Shown in pieces: positions 50,298 through 62,275 of a stretch of 64,000 nt of DNA. Source of the DNA: Halocafeteria seosinensis (lineage: Eukaryota); assembly GCA_001687465.1 (NCBI GenBank), contig LVLI01000084.1:248001-312000 (forward strand), written 5' to 3'. Positions within the stretch are counted from its first letter, which is position 1. Every line of letters starts with the position of its first letter. Made by a program: the position numbers and the translations under genes. The notes beneath the pieces are model-generated. The model saw nothing but the letters and a program-made list of their open reading frames with translations, was not told the DNA's origin and ran no database searches.

Positions 50298-53028
50298 ATG
50301 TCAGAACCAGTAGGAGAAGCGCCTCCTCCCGTCTCGTATGACGAGAACGAGGAGGAGCTCACGCAGGAGAAGACTGTGGATGGGGAAAATGACACAGACA
50401 AGCAAGAGGACGAAAGCCAATCTGTGGATCAGCTATTGGACGTGGACCTTAATCAGCTCTTAAACTATCACATAAGCTTCGATAATCTTACCCACGTTCT
50501 GAATTCGCTCATTAAAGTTGCTAAGAATCAGGACGATGACATCAAGTAAGTAGATTTTTGTAGAGACAAAACGATGGGCAATAGCACCGCCGGGGACCCT
50601 TGCAGAAAGCGTAACAAAGAGAACGAGGAGTTGAGGAAAGAAGTGGACGGTCTCAAAGCCACAGTATCGACGAATGACTCCAAGCTCAATGACCATGACT
50701 CTCGCTTGTCCCGTTGCGAAGAGGGACAAGCAGCGCTCAGCGAACAGGTGAACAAAGTTGATACAGACTCCCTGCAAGAACGTGTTGAATCCATAGAATC
50801 TCAAATGGCTGAACTATCGAAGTCAAATGAAGGAGAGAAAGAAGGTGTAAGTGGCAGTGTAGCGTAATAAATTCGGCTCTCGAAAACGAATAGCTACTCG
50901 GATGTGCGCCATGTTTTGTTTCAGTCTGGCGATAACATCAAAGACTTGAGCAAGCGGGTGGGAGATCTGGAAGAAAGAATCGGTAACTTGCGTAGCGATC
51001 AGTCCACAAATACGTTGTGTGACGAGAATCTGCAGCGTATTAATTCGTTAGAAGAACGGTTGGACGGTGTACAGAAATCCAATGAAGAAAGTGCGCAGAA
51101 AGTGGTGGCACTGCAGAGTGACGTTGATAAGCTTCCGTCAAGCGATTCCCTAGCAGCCATGCTAGATGGTCACAGTAATTCAGGTGACAACCAAGCCGGA
51201 GAGGATAGAGCAGTCAGTGGAGGCCGCACGGATGCCAGTACTTTGATGAAGCTGAATCAACTTGAAAAGTCAGTCTCCAGGATGGAGCAGGACTACAACA
51301 AGTGTGCGACAAAAAATGAGCTACAGGCTGTCAAAGATTCCATTCCACGTTCATCAGTCAAGAAAGGTGAAGATGAGTCTTCGGATATTGATTTACGCAG
51401 CTTGCAAGAGCAAGTACGGAAGCACCAACGAGAAATTGAACGACTGGAAGAGGCTATTCAAGCGCTCGACTCCTCGAATCTGGAACCGTCTGTGGAAGAA
51501 AAGGTGAGTTTTTCTCCGTCCACAATTATTTTCAAAGAGCTGTTTTATCTGAACACCTATACCACAGGCTATACCACAGGGAGATGAGGAAGACCAAGAC
51601 CGTTCGGGTGTCTCCAGTCAAGAGATTCAAGCTTTGAGAAGAGAACTGAGCCGTGGTATTAAGAGCATGAATACCAAAATAAATGAAGTAGACGAGGCAT
51701 TCAGAGAAGAGGACCAAAATTTGCGCGAATCACTTTCAAAGAGAATCTCAAAGAATGCTGAGTTACTTGAAGAAATTCCAGCAAAGCTAGCGGAGTTGAA
51801 TGGGGCAATATGGCAGCTTCGTGGGGAAAACGATGAATTCCGAGAGCCTTTGTCTTCTCTTGCTAAGAGTGCGGGAGTGCTTGCAGGGGTTTCTCGAGAG
51901 GAACTCGACTCGATACAGAAAAGCACAATCGAAAAATATCGAAATTCAATGGGCTCACGAGCTGAGCAAGGCGCTACCCGTCATGTGGATGCCGAAGAGA
52001 GCAAGGAAATGAAGAACGACGAACGAGATGCACACGTTTTTCCGGAGATCTACGGATTTAAGCAACTAGTCGTTGAACTTGGCCGCGGGGCGACTCCCAA
52101 GGTCAATTCCGACGACATTAGGACTCTCCGTGCTCAAGTAGGATCAATGGAAGATCAACTGCGCTCTCGAAATCGAAATGACCGTAGCCAGGAAACTGAT
52201 GAGTCTGGACAACAACGGCGACAAGGGAGTGGGCTCCAGGAAGCTGAGGTTAATGAGCGACTGTCCCTCTGCGAAGAGGATATGGAGCGTCACCGTCGGG
52301 CCATTCAGAAACTCCGCCATGACGTCAAAGGTCTGAGAAGCGGCCTAGATGAAAAGGTCGATAAGGCAGATTATGATCAACTGTCGAAGAGTGTTGAAAC
52401 CAAAGCAGAAGATGACGACTTGATGGCGTTGACCAAGACGCTACAAGATTACATACAACGAAGACCTCGTCGCAAACAACAGTCTGAGAGCAAGCATGAC
52501 CAGCAAAGTATATGGGAGAGTGAGAATGCTGCCGCGGCAAACAAGCGATTAATACCAGGGTACAAGTGCCTCGTTTGTGATCGGCCATTACAAGATTTTA
52601 AGCATACTGAACCGAAGTACGTCCCGCGGGATTCTCTGCCGCGCTACCAGAAGGATGCAGACTTCAGTTTTGAGAGGTTTCATCGTCCTGTTACTGCTGC
52701 CTCTTCAACAAACCGATCTCTTCACTCGTCCCACCGGCGACCGCAGTCTGCTGGGAGACCATCCTCACCTGACCCAAGAATGGATGATCCGTATAATCAG
52801 GAACGTGCAGTCGGTGGAAAACATACACATGAGGATGTTAAATCCCCAGAGCTGAAGAGACTACCGAATGGACAAGTGATTCGCCGCAATAGTGTTACTG
52901 ACGAAACGCATTCCCGACCATCGTCAACTCGTGAATCGAAAAGAAGTCAGGCGGGTTCGCCTCGGCGATCACCATCTATAGAAGCAGCGTCGCCTCGACA
53001 AAACGGGGAACTACCAGAGATTTCATAA
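50298..53028 (+). CDS. Coiled-coil protein, DUF4795 / QRICH2-C16orf96-like
   Basis: N-terminal ISFDNLTHVLNSLIKV, long heptads, KVDKAD..KAE, and AAAANKRLIPGYKCLVCDRP; four exons. Confidence 0.6.
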
Positions 53029-53080
53029 AAATGCCTTCTGCGTGTATATTCAGGTGGAAATACAGATATCATTGGTGCCC

Positions 53081-54338
53081 CTAGTAAAGAAAGGGAATGA
53101 TTGCTGCTCTACGAGAGATCTTTTTGTCTTGTTTGACGTATCGAGCGTGTTTCTGCAAAGCCCACTGTGTCATTTGCAGGAACCCTACAATCGTGAACAC
53201 GTAAGCTGCAAAATACACACAATAATAGATTGCGCTCTTGTAGTACCAAATGTGGGATCAAGGGCTTACCTAGAGCGATGTTGGTGGCTATAGAGAAGCC
53301 CACCCATCCTAGTACCTCAAACGTGTAGTTCGGACAGCTGGCAAGGTTGAATAGCCCCCCTTGGGGAGGCTGGCGTTCGTCGCTACCCTCCGTGGGTCTC
53401 ATGCCGCGTAGCTGCAAATGGACCGCTAGATTTAGCAGTTCGCAAACAGCCATCAGACCGAACCCGGCGTAAACCAGCATTTCATTACGCGGAGCCGTGT
53501 ATGAGGGACTGCAAAGAGGATATCCAACAGCTAGAGCAAACCCCCAATAGTAAGAGCTGTTCTTGAAAAGATTGAAGAGGGGCATCGTTGGCCGACTGAA
53601 GCGGTGCACGAAGAAAGTTTCGTACTCCCGCTTCAGAAAGTGGAGCGTCCATGCAATTACACCCATTCTGCGCATCGAAATCAATTTATTTAAGGAGGAA
53701 AAATCGGTGAGATCCAACTTCCAAAACAATTGCTAACAACTGTTTTTGAATCACATACTTTGCAACCCAGTTGTAACCTTCGAATTCCAGCAGTCTTTGG
53801 AAGATTGAGGGATCGGTGATGCTGACGCCCTCGGATCCATAGATGAGCGAAGGCCGTAGCGCATACAGGAGGACGATGATGATGGGACCCAAATACTCAA
53901 CTACAAAGACTCCACGGTAACTAAATTGGGGTCCCAAATCTTTGACTTCCAACACGGCATCGCTTCCATGAAGCAAACCGTACTGGACAAAGGACACTTC
54001 ATTAGATCCCTTGCCGACAGAGCTAGCAAAGAAAGGCCACACGTACTTGTTTGAGGGTTTTCACTCTTCCTTGTAGGCGAACATCCTTACTATTCTCATC
54101 CTTGAATTTCATTCCAATGCGATACTTATTCAAGCCAGCTGGAACCCAACCAACTCATTCAATGATGCAACCAAAACAACGACGAAAACCCTTGAGACGT
54201 ACTCTCTTTAGACAACAGTTCAGCGAGGCCGTCGACGGTCAAATCTTCAGCCACCCGAAGGGGGAAGTTCTTCCGCTTAAATTCCACGGTAAGATCCCAG
54301 CCATTGTCTCCAGAACCTTGTCCCCTGCGAGCTGACAT
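53081..54338 (-). CDS. TECR: Very-long-chain trans-2,3-enoyl-CoA reductase
   Basis: VKDLGPQFSYRGVFVVEYLGP, HFLKREYETFFVHRFSRPTMPLFNLFKNSSYYW, SCPNYTFEVLGW, QMTQWALQKH, RRAAIIPFLY*. Confidence 0.94.
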
Positions 54339-54359
54339 GATTCCTCCGCCACAAACAAA

Positions 54360-54650
54360 ACCAAGACTACACTACACTACACACACGCGCTCAATCACGT
54401 GTATCACCAGGTACAAATATAGCCAGTGTTGCAGGAGCTCTGTGTGCGCGAACCCAACAATACAGCAAATACGGATGTGCAGACACCCCTTGGAAGGATC
54501 CAAAGCCGGCGAAGCCGGTGCCTTCTACAACCGGCGACGCTGTACGCGCCAAAAACACGTTCAACCTTCACACAATACAGTTTCATCAAGTTTGTAAGGC
54601 TGCCAAGGAGCAGAAGACACCAAGGACCATCTGAGTGGAACAAAAACAGA
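54360..54650 (+). mobile_element. Possible decayed RLE retrotransposon fragment
   Basis: ALNHVYHQV (54387-54413)...LCVREP (54441-54455)...TTGDAV/QPATL; resembles RHN.VYH.L/REP/PGD. Confidence 0.35.
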
Positions 54651-54694
54651 GACTGTTGTATGGAACATAGTGGAGAGGAAACGTACAGACCAGA

Positions 54695-56132
54695 ATGGGT
54701 GTGAAAGCCCATTTTCGTGCATCTGTGAAGCGACCATCCCACCAATCTGCGCACCAAACCAGCGCGCCAAAAAGATCAAAGGCCCAAAATGATGAACTGG
54801 AGCAGGAAACGGAGGTAGATCCTGTGTGGAAAGAGGATTCAAGTATAACTGAACAGTGCACTGCTTCAGATTCGGTCGCGGCCTCCATATCGTACAGAGT
54901 ATTCCAGGAGATCGTAAGTGAGCTCCCAGCTGAACTTGAGGTATGGACTTCATGAAATAAGGTGAGCGTGCGCATGCAGGTCATTCCTCTCATCTACAAA
55001 GACCTCAGTGAGCGACAGATGCATCAAGTTTCTCTTGAAGAAGCAGAGGAGCTAAGACAAAGTTGTATGTGTAAAAACATAACGGTTTGTTCATACTGCC
55101 ACTTCTTGAAAGTTCAAATTATGCTTGTACTACAGTTGCCAAACCAGGAAGTGTAACTTTCTCGAAAACAAACAGCAACAGGAATCATAACTTAACCTAT
55201 GGAGAAGTGGTCCCTAAGAGTATTGAAGAAGAGGTATTACCAGAGCTCGGAGAGTTGGGTGAACAAGACGTATTTTATGACCTCGGATCGGGGACTGGGA
55301 AAATTCCACTGCAAGTCGCTTTGCAAACAAATGTTGGCAAATCCAAAGGTATTGAATATGCACAAGCAAGACACAAAGTTGCTGAACAAGCGGAGGATCA
55401 GGCAACAAAGCTTAAGGAGAATGACGTTGGGAGAGTTCTAGATCGTTTGCCTGATGCTTACTTGGAGGACCTGTTCCGGTGTCAACAATCATCTATTTCT
55501 AGGGAGGCATTAGAGCGCACATTAACAAAAACCATCCATTCAGCAGGAAAAAAGCTTGATTTTAGACGGGGCGATTTTTGCCGTGAAGATATATCTGATG
55601 CCACCGTAATATTTATTAACAATGCTGTTTTTGAACCAGATCTGATGTTATCCTTAGTGTCGCAACTAGCTACGCTACCCAAACTGCGGAAAGTAGTCTG
55701 CTTAAGAAAGCTGTGCTATCGACACAGTCGCAGATGCCACTACAATGGAAGTCCTTGCTGTGTATTCGGAAATCCCTCAAGGATGAAAGTAATTAATGTA
55801 AGTCTGTAGCTTTTCATCTAGCATACTCGGGAGGAAATTCAAGTTTCCATTTCTTGCAGCCTACGTGGTGTAGAGAAACAACGTTGTACACATACGTCAA
55901 GCAGCCGACGATGGAGAGCTGGTATTCCAAGAAGTTGACTCCCAGTAACAAAGAAGAGCGTCCCATCGCAAGCAATAGCTCTGCAAGACGACGATTACAC
56001 AACCCCAATCATCTGGTAAACGAAGTCAGTGATCACACCAAGAAGGCTATCGACTTTAAAGATGGTCAGGTTGCAGAGATGCCGTCAAGCCAAACCTCTC
56101 TCGCGGATGACCCCTATTCCAGCCAGCAATAA
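54695..56132 (+). CDS. DOT1-like (H3K79-type) SAM-dependent methyltransferase
   Basis: LTYGEV, FYDLGSGTGK, GIEYAQARH, RGDF, ATVIFINNAVF; four exons. Confidence 0.85.
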
Positions 56133-56137
56133 CTTCC

Positions 56138-58487
56138 TTACTCCCTGCTGGCAGATGTCCCTGGGGCGGGGGTCGTAGAGTATGCAGGCGTCCTCCGCTG
56201 CGCAGCTGAACCAACGTAGGCGGGAGTAGATGATCCGCCGCTGTATCCTCCCTGGTAGTTTTCTAGAGATTGAGTTATCGGGTTCTCGGGCGGTGCTTCT
56301 CGCAGAGCCTCGAATCCTAATTCCTCCCTGGGTACGCCGTATTCCCTCATCAAATTTTCGTAATTATCTATTAGCCTGCAGATGCCAATGACGGGCTATA
56401 TCAGGATAAGCCGTGATTGCTCCACAACGCTTAACTAAAAATACCATACCGATTGTGTGCCGCCACTACGCGCTGCAGCTCACTATGCAACTCCCGAATG
56501 GCGGCATCTTTAGTAGCGAGGACCTCCTCCAGTCGATGAGCAAAATCGCCCATGGTCTCCTCGTCCAAATTGGCCTGGGACAATATCTCTCCCAATGCAG
56601 CATCTTGCTTTTCCACCTGGAGAAAGCGAAATGTCTAATTGATAACTAAGATTCCCTAAATGCACGACTTAGAGCATACCTCTTGCCCTGCTACTTCCAT
56701 CTTCTTTTCAAGCAACATATGTCGGAAACCAGCTTTCTGCTGAACATCGTATAAGCTTTCAGTAAACCTTTCGAACAATTCATCCCTCTCTTTTCGTAGC
56801 CGTTCCAAACGTTGCTCCAATATTTCATGCTCCCATTGGAGGGTTGCCAATTCATCTTCTTGAGATAAGATCTTACCCTGAAGTTTACGGGGAGGAAAAA
56901 TACAGTGACGAAGTCTATGGAGACATTGGTCCGGACGGAATGACGCACCTTAACATTATCTAGTTCTTCAAGATCTTGTAGATAACGCTCCCTTTCTCCC
57001 TTTAGCTTTTTCGACTCTTCTAGAGCCCGCGCCAAAGGAGCAGACATGCGCTTATTCTCTTGAGCAATAGCAACAATCCGTTGCTCATCCTGAGCTTCTT
57101 TCTTGGCCAGCTCATTTACTTCCTCCTTGAGACTGCATTAGAGAGACAATACACGGTAGAGTGCATCAGAAGAGGTACTTATCCAATTGGACTACGAGCG
57201 TTGCTTACCTCTTGATCATATCTAGATTCGAATGGGTGATTTCATTGTAGTAGTTCTTAATATCTTGGAAGGCCTTTTCATGAGCTTTAATCAACTGCAA
57301 ATTTGGTAGGAACGAAGAGAATCACTAACAAACTCTAACAAAACTCGAAAGCATTTCGACCTACCTGTTCTATGTGTTTTGATTTCCTTTGTTCAATTCG
57401 GCGCACGCTGGCCTCTCGTTTGTCGAAGAGTTCTTTCCTTGTGACCTGTAAACCGCAGGATTCGATTAAGGGCAGGAAAGTTCAGAGAAGCTATTGCTAA
57501 CCACATACCGTCATTTTGTCTTCGTATTGCGAACAAAGCTCTCGGGATTCACGCTCAAACTCCAGGCGTAATTGAGTAATGTCGGCGTCGTGGCGTTTTT
57601 TTAACTCTCTGAGTCAAGTGAGCACAGCTACGTCTGTTTGCAACGTCAGCTAACCGAAGTCGATGATTCTGCTGAGTCTTACCTCATATATTGTTCGTGT
57701 GCCACTCGTTTTTCTCTTCTTATCTTTTCTAGTGACCAAATGTCCTTCTTTAGCTCAGCTACCGATTCCCTGTGTTCATCCTGTTTCAACTTCAGGTTGA
57801 CTTGAGCGTCTGCGGGATAACACCAGCGTATTTAACAAATATTGCATCTCTATAACCGTAGTAAGAATGAGCAATTGCTTACCTGTTTTATCTTCTGTTG
57901 TTTCAGATTGATGCTCGTAAAGTAGATGCTTTACACGTTGTTTATAGACCTGCACAGTCGCAACGGAAACATTCGTGAAGCACTTTGTTTCGGCCCCCCA
58001 CGAGTAACAAATTTCCCCAAAGGAAAGACATGCTACTCGTGCATCCCACTGATATTGCTGACTGAATAACTCACCTTTATCTCCACATCATGTTTTTCCT
58101 TGAGGTCTTCTAATTCGCGCTCCTTGTTACGAAGTTCGGCTTTCTTGTCTTCCAAGTCCCGTTTAGCTACGATCCAAAAGTGGTTTAATTTATCCTGTTT
58201 GAAGTATACAGTGTGGCAGACACAAGTGCGTGCATACAAAGAAGGCAATTTTTACTAGCCATAGTTAATGCACTCACCTTGTGCTGCTGGAATTCGTTAA
58301 ATTGCAGTTCTTCACGAGCGACGGCTTGTTTCAATTCAACACAGCGATCCACCAGCGCCCTCCTCTTTTGCTGTTCCTCTTCTTGAGCTTCAGCGCTCAG
58401 TTCATTCGCTCCCTGTTGCTGCTCATTCTCACCAGCAGCATCGTTTTTCTCCTGTTGCTGCTGGTTCTGTTGCCGCCGGGGAGGCAT
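56138..58487 (-). CDS. GAS8: Growth arrest-specific protein 8 / dynein regulatory complex subunit 4
   Basis: [107 protein letters not shown]. Confidence 0.94.
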
Positions 58488-58519
58488 TGTGCGCGCTCCT
58501 TGCCGTTACCACCAAACGG

Positions 58520-58830
58520 CCGTCTAGAGACAAACACAACAACCGAGTAATTGTTTGATATGTATGAATTTATCATACATACCTGTCATATACAATACAC
58601 TACAGTCATACAGAGCTTAACGCTCGTAACAGCGCTAGTATCTATACCGATTGCTCCTTGTCTACATGCGACCTGGCGGTGGGCGACCCTAGCGGGACCG
58701 GGAATTCGCCGGCCCATGCCCCATATAGACAGAAAGCAAATGGTTTGGCTGCGCTGTATGCGGTATACACGTGAAACATTGGAAGCTCTCCTTGTATGGC
58801 GTAAGATTGGTACTTGTAGAAAGTTTCCTC
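58520..58830 (-). mobile_element. Possible highly decayed RLE retrotransposon fragment
   Basis: NFLQVP...IWGMGRRIPG...VACRQGAIGIDTSA...LC, a loose resemblance to WL..VP/LG..IP/C..G..D. Confidence 0.2.
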
Positions 58831-58844
58831 GGATAGGCGGCATC

Positions 58845-60703
58845 ATGAAGGGCAATGGGAGAACGATAGGCGGAGTCAGCAATGGAAGCAGCCATGGCTT
58901 ATCCAAGACATGCATGAGCTTTTTGTTAGTTATTTCGTTACTTTGTCTCTTCTCGGCCTCACAATATGATACGGATACGTATGCCGCAACTGTGTCTCCG
59001 GCGTGGGTACGATTGGCAGCCACAACATGCGTGATCTTGGCTCCGACAACCATCACAGGCAGGGGAGAAGTGTCCAAAGTGGCCTGGGCTACAACTTCCA
59101 CTGCATTTCTCATGCCTTCTGTAGCACTTGGACAGGAGGACATTGACCTCGATTTCGATGACGAGGAAGAAGAAGATGAGGAGTTTGGCGACATGCCTAC
59201 TGAAACGCAGCCACGGGAGCATACCGAAATAGAAACTGATACCGGAAGTCAGCACACCACAGCTCAAAGTGGAGATTCTTTAAGCGATGCAGATAGTCAA
59301 GAAGTAAAACCTCCTACTCAGACAAAAGGTATGTGTAACTGGTTCTCCATGTGATAGAGTCTCGGCCGGCACCCATCAGTATATCGATCTGTGGCCAACA
59401 GGTGTATCAGCACCGAGGCAATTCCACCGTTTTCAGCCGTGGGAATATCTTGGGATTATCTTTGTGGTATTGTATGTGGGAAATTTCTTTTATGGCATGA
59501 GAAAGAACCGCGAAATCGCCTATGCATGGTATGTCCAAAGATAGTTCTGGTGTTGCTACTCGTTCTACGACCTTAAAATGTGTATCCAGGTGGAGTACGT
59601 TCCAACCTCTATTTGAGAAACAATTTAGTGTCCTCGGAGAACAGCAGGTAATGGTGGAGCAAAAAAAGAGGACTAACCCCGTAGAGGCCGTTCCGGACAC
59701 CTCGGAAGAGCCAGTTTTGGTCTCCGAATCCTATCATTCGTTTTCACTGTATGCCTCCGGACGAAAGAACGTAATAGGGTGCCGTGTGCACATTAGTCTT
59801 CGCCAGCGCCAAGATCTCCTGAGCTATTTGACCACAGTTGTCTATCCTCAAGAAGACACGATTACCATTGAAGTCCCCCTATCGATGAATTCTAAGGAGC
59901 CCTATGTGTTTGCAGTAGTCCCTAGTGCCCAAGCCAAGACCTTGCACGAACAAAAACAGGACCTGTCCAGTTACAGCAAAATGATACCTGAGGGACGTCT
60001 CGGTGGCCCCATCGGGAAGAATTCCGTACTAACAGACTGTCCGGAGCTTGTGGATGATTTGCTACATGAACAAGTTCGTAAGGTTATATTTAACAACAGT
60101 CCGCAGACTAAAGCCCAAAAGGAGCAGGCATCTTCTCATTCAAGGAGACATAAGCGAGCTGCCCAGAATGAAGCAGCGTCTGGATCCTCATCTAAAGTCC
60201 GCTCTCGGAAGCCATTGTTTTCTATGTTCCATTTTACAGATGATTCTGCTGGTGCCGGTTTGTAAGTAATTTGAGATACAACCAGCCTGACACGATGTAG
60301 TAGTCGACGTCTTTGCACCCCTTGCAGCGAATCCTCCTCCATGTCCAGAAACGTGCTATATTTCAAGTTCAAGCTACCAAACAGCAATGCTATGGACGAT
60401 TTAACTCCTTTGATTGAGATGGTTTTTCATTATATTGATTTAGTAGCTACTACTAAACTTTCCCGAGAAGCTCGAAAGCACGTAGAAAAACTGAGAGAGA
60501 ATAAGCAGACGTCAACCAAAGAAGAGGCAAGCGAGAAGACAGACCACCAGATCCGAATGGAGAATGCTCAACGCAAACGCGAGCAAAAGTTATTAGAGCA
60601 ACAGGAAAGGATGGCGTCAATGAACCCTAAAGAAGCTGCAAAATTGGATGAGAAGCTACGACAAAAGAATTCTAAGATACAAACAAAAGTAGTACGAAAG
60701 TAG
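58845..60703 (+). CDS. CCDC47: PAT complex subunit CCDC47 (DUF1682)
   Basis: Hydrophobic N-terminus, acidic lumenal region, TM helix followed by GMRKNREIAYAW, ESYHSFSLYASGRKN, LRQRQDLL and C-terminal MNPKEAAKLDEK. Confidence 0.8.
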
Positions 60704-61199
60704 TATGCAATATATCAGAGCAAGATTCGCATATTAGAAAGCAGCTCACAAATCCGTGAGAGGAAATTCATGCGTTAATTAGGTATCAGCCTGTCAAGAA
60801 GGCAACTCCAGGAATCTTAAACCATCTTGGGGCACTTACCCAACCCTTGTACTTTGCAACAAGAAAAAAGAAAAAAAAAAGAAAGGAAAGCCATGTTCGT
60901 ACTCTCTTGATGCTTACGAGGAGAATGGGTCAATGACCCATTACGTTACCCCATGTGAAGTGGTAAACCCAAAGGGGGCCGCATTAGTATATAGTATCAT
61001 TGTAACCAGTCAACTGTGGTTCTCTCATCAATGCCTCTCTTCAATCGCTTGGCTCCGAACAATAACTTTCGGTTCCAGGCGACAGTGGATGAGAGCAATA
61101 AGGACAGTGGCGCCAACTGGAGGGGAAATGATCATCAGGATGGAAGTCATCATCAGAACTGAACCGAAGCGGAAGCGCAACGGGAATAGTGATACCTAG

Positions 61200-62200
61200 G
61201 CAGCTAGTTCAGGAACAACATGGCACTGATGGCAGCGAGTGTAACCCCTCTTCGTCCCAGGCAAGAGCATACGACAAAAGGCAATCAGTTTGTCACTGAG
61301 TTCTGAGTGATTATCCGCACTGAACATGGTAGCCATGGCAGCTTCTCTCAATTTGCCTTGTTTCTTAATTTTGATTTAGAAACTAATAGCACATTCCTGA
61401 AGATTCTTAGGACCGGCATTAGTGCATCGAATCCGCGTGCGATATTTAGGTAAGGAATCGCTCGAAATGACTATGCGCATGACGTCTTGCTCCGTCGTCC
61501 ACACCTCGAAGAGCCCCGTGGCCTCTATCGCGAACGGGATAATTGGTCGTTTAAATGTCTGTCTTTTGTCCGCTTCATCTTCTGTGCTTTTGCCGCGATA
61601 ATGAGGGGGCTTCCCCCTGTCTGCCTCAGACCCGTCTAACACTGAGCTCTTCCCAACGAACGCTTACAATTGTAGGACCATACGGAGCACAGTTCCTAGA
61701 GGTTACCAAGTGATTGTCCGATACCCATCGACACCCTACACGGAGGCAAAATGGGGCCATTCCACCTACCTGCATTCAAGTCCTCGTCTTCGTCCTCGGC
61801 ATCCAACACGTCGGTGTCATCTTGCCCACCAACATCTTGTTCACGTTCACCATTGTCTTCTCCTTTACTTGCATTCAAGTTCTCCTCTTTGTCCTCCGCA
61901 TCGAATGCGTCGTTGTCCTCTGTGGCAACCGCCAAGATGGCCTCCTCGTACAAGTAGTTGTCCTCCTCCTCCTCCTTTAACCACTCAATGCGGGGGCATT
62001 ACAGCATCCTTGCCTAGTTGGTGTTTTTTGGACCCACGGCTGTAGCTTGATCAAAGACATAAACGGACAGATCAATACATACATACCTACTAGGACTACC
62101 ACGGTATTGAGCGTGGTACACTGGTAACCATATATGGAAGTGTGAACTTCCAAAAGTTTGCCATGGCCGCGAGCTGACACACTACAAGAGGGAGGGGTAC
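61200..62200 (-). mobile_element. Degenerate RLE-type (CRE-like) non-LTR retrotransposon 3' fragment
   Basis: YQCTTL..., acidic duplicated insert, VSDNHLV...YGPTIVS (61682-61662), EDEADKRQTFKRPIIPFAIEATGLF (61543-61514), KYRTRIRCT. Matches the PD..DVTI..K..F.PFA.E..G order of the RLE domain. Confidence 0.7.
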
Positions 62201-62275
62201 AGAGCGTGAACAGTCCCTGTATTGGTATGCATCACCCTGGACAAGCCATTGGTATCTAGCGCTCTTGTGTGAACG

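Noticed and set aside
60861..60890. A-rich tract as the poly(A) tail of the 61-kb relic
   Set aside because: The tract is A-rich on + while the relic is on -, so the polarity is wrong.
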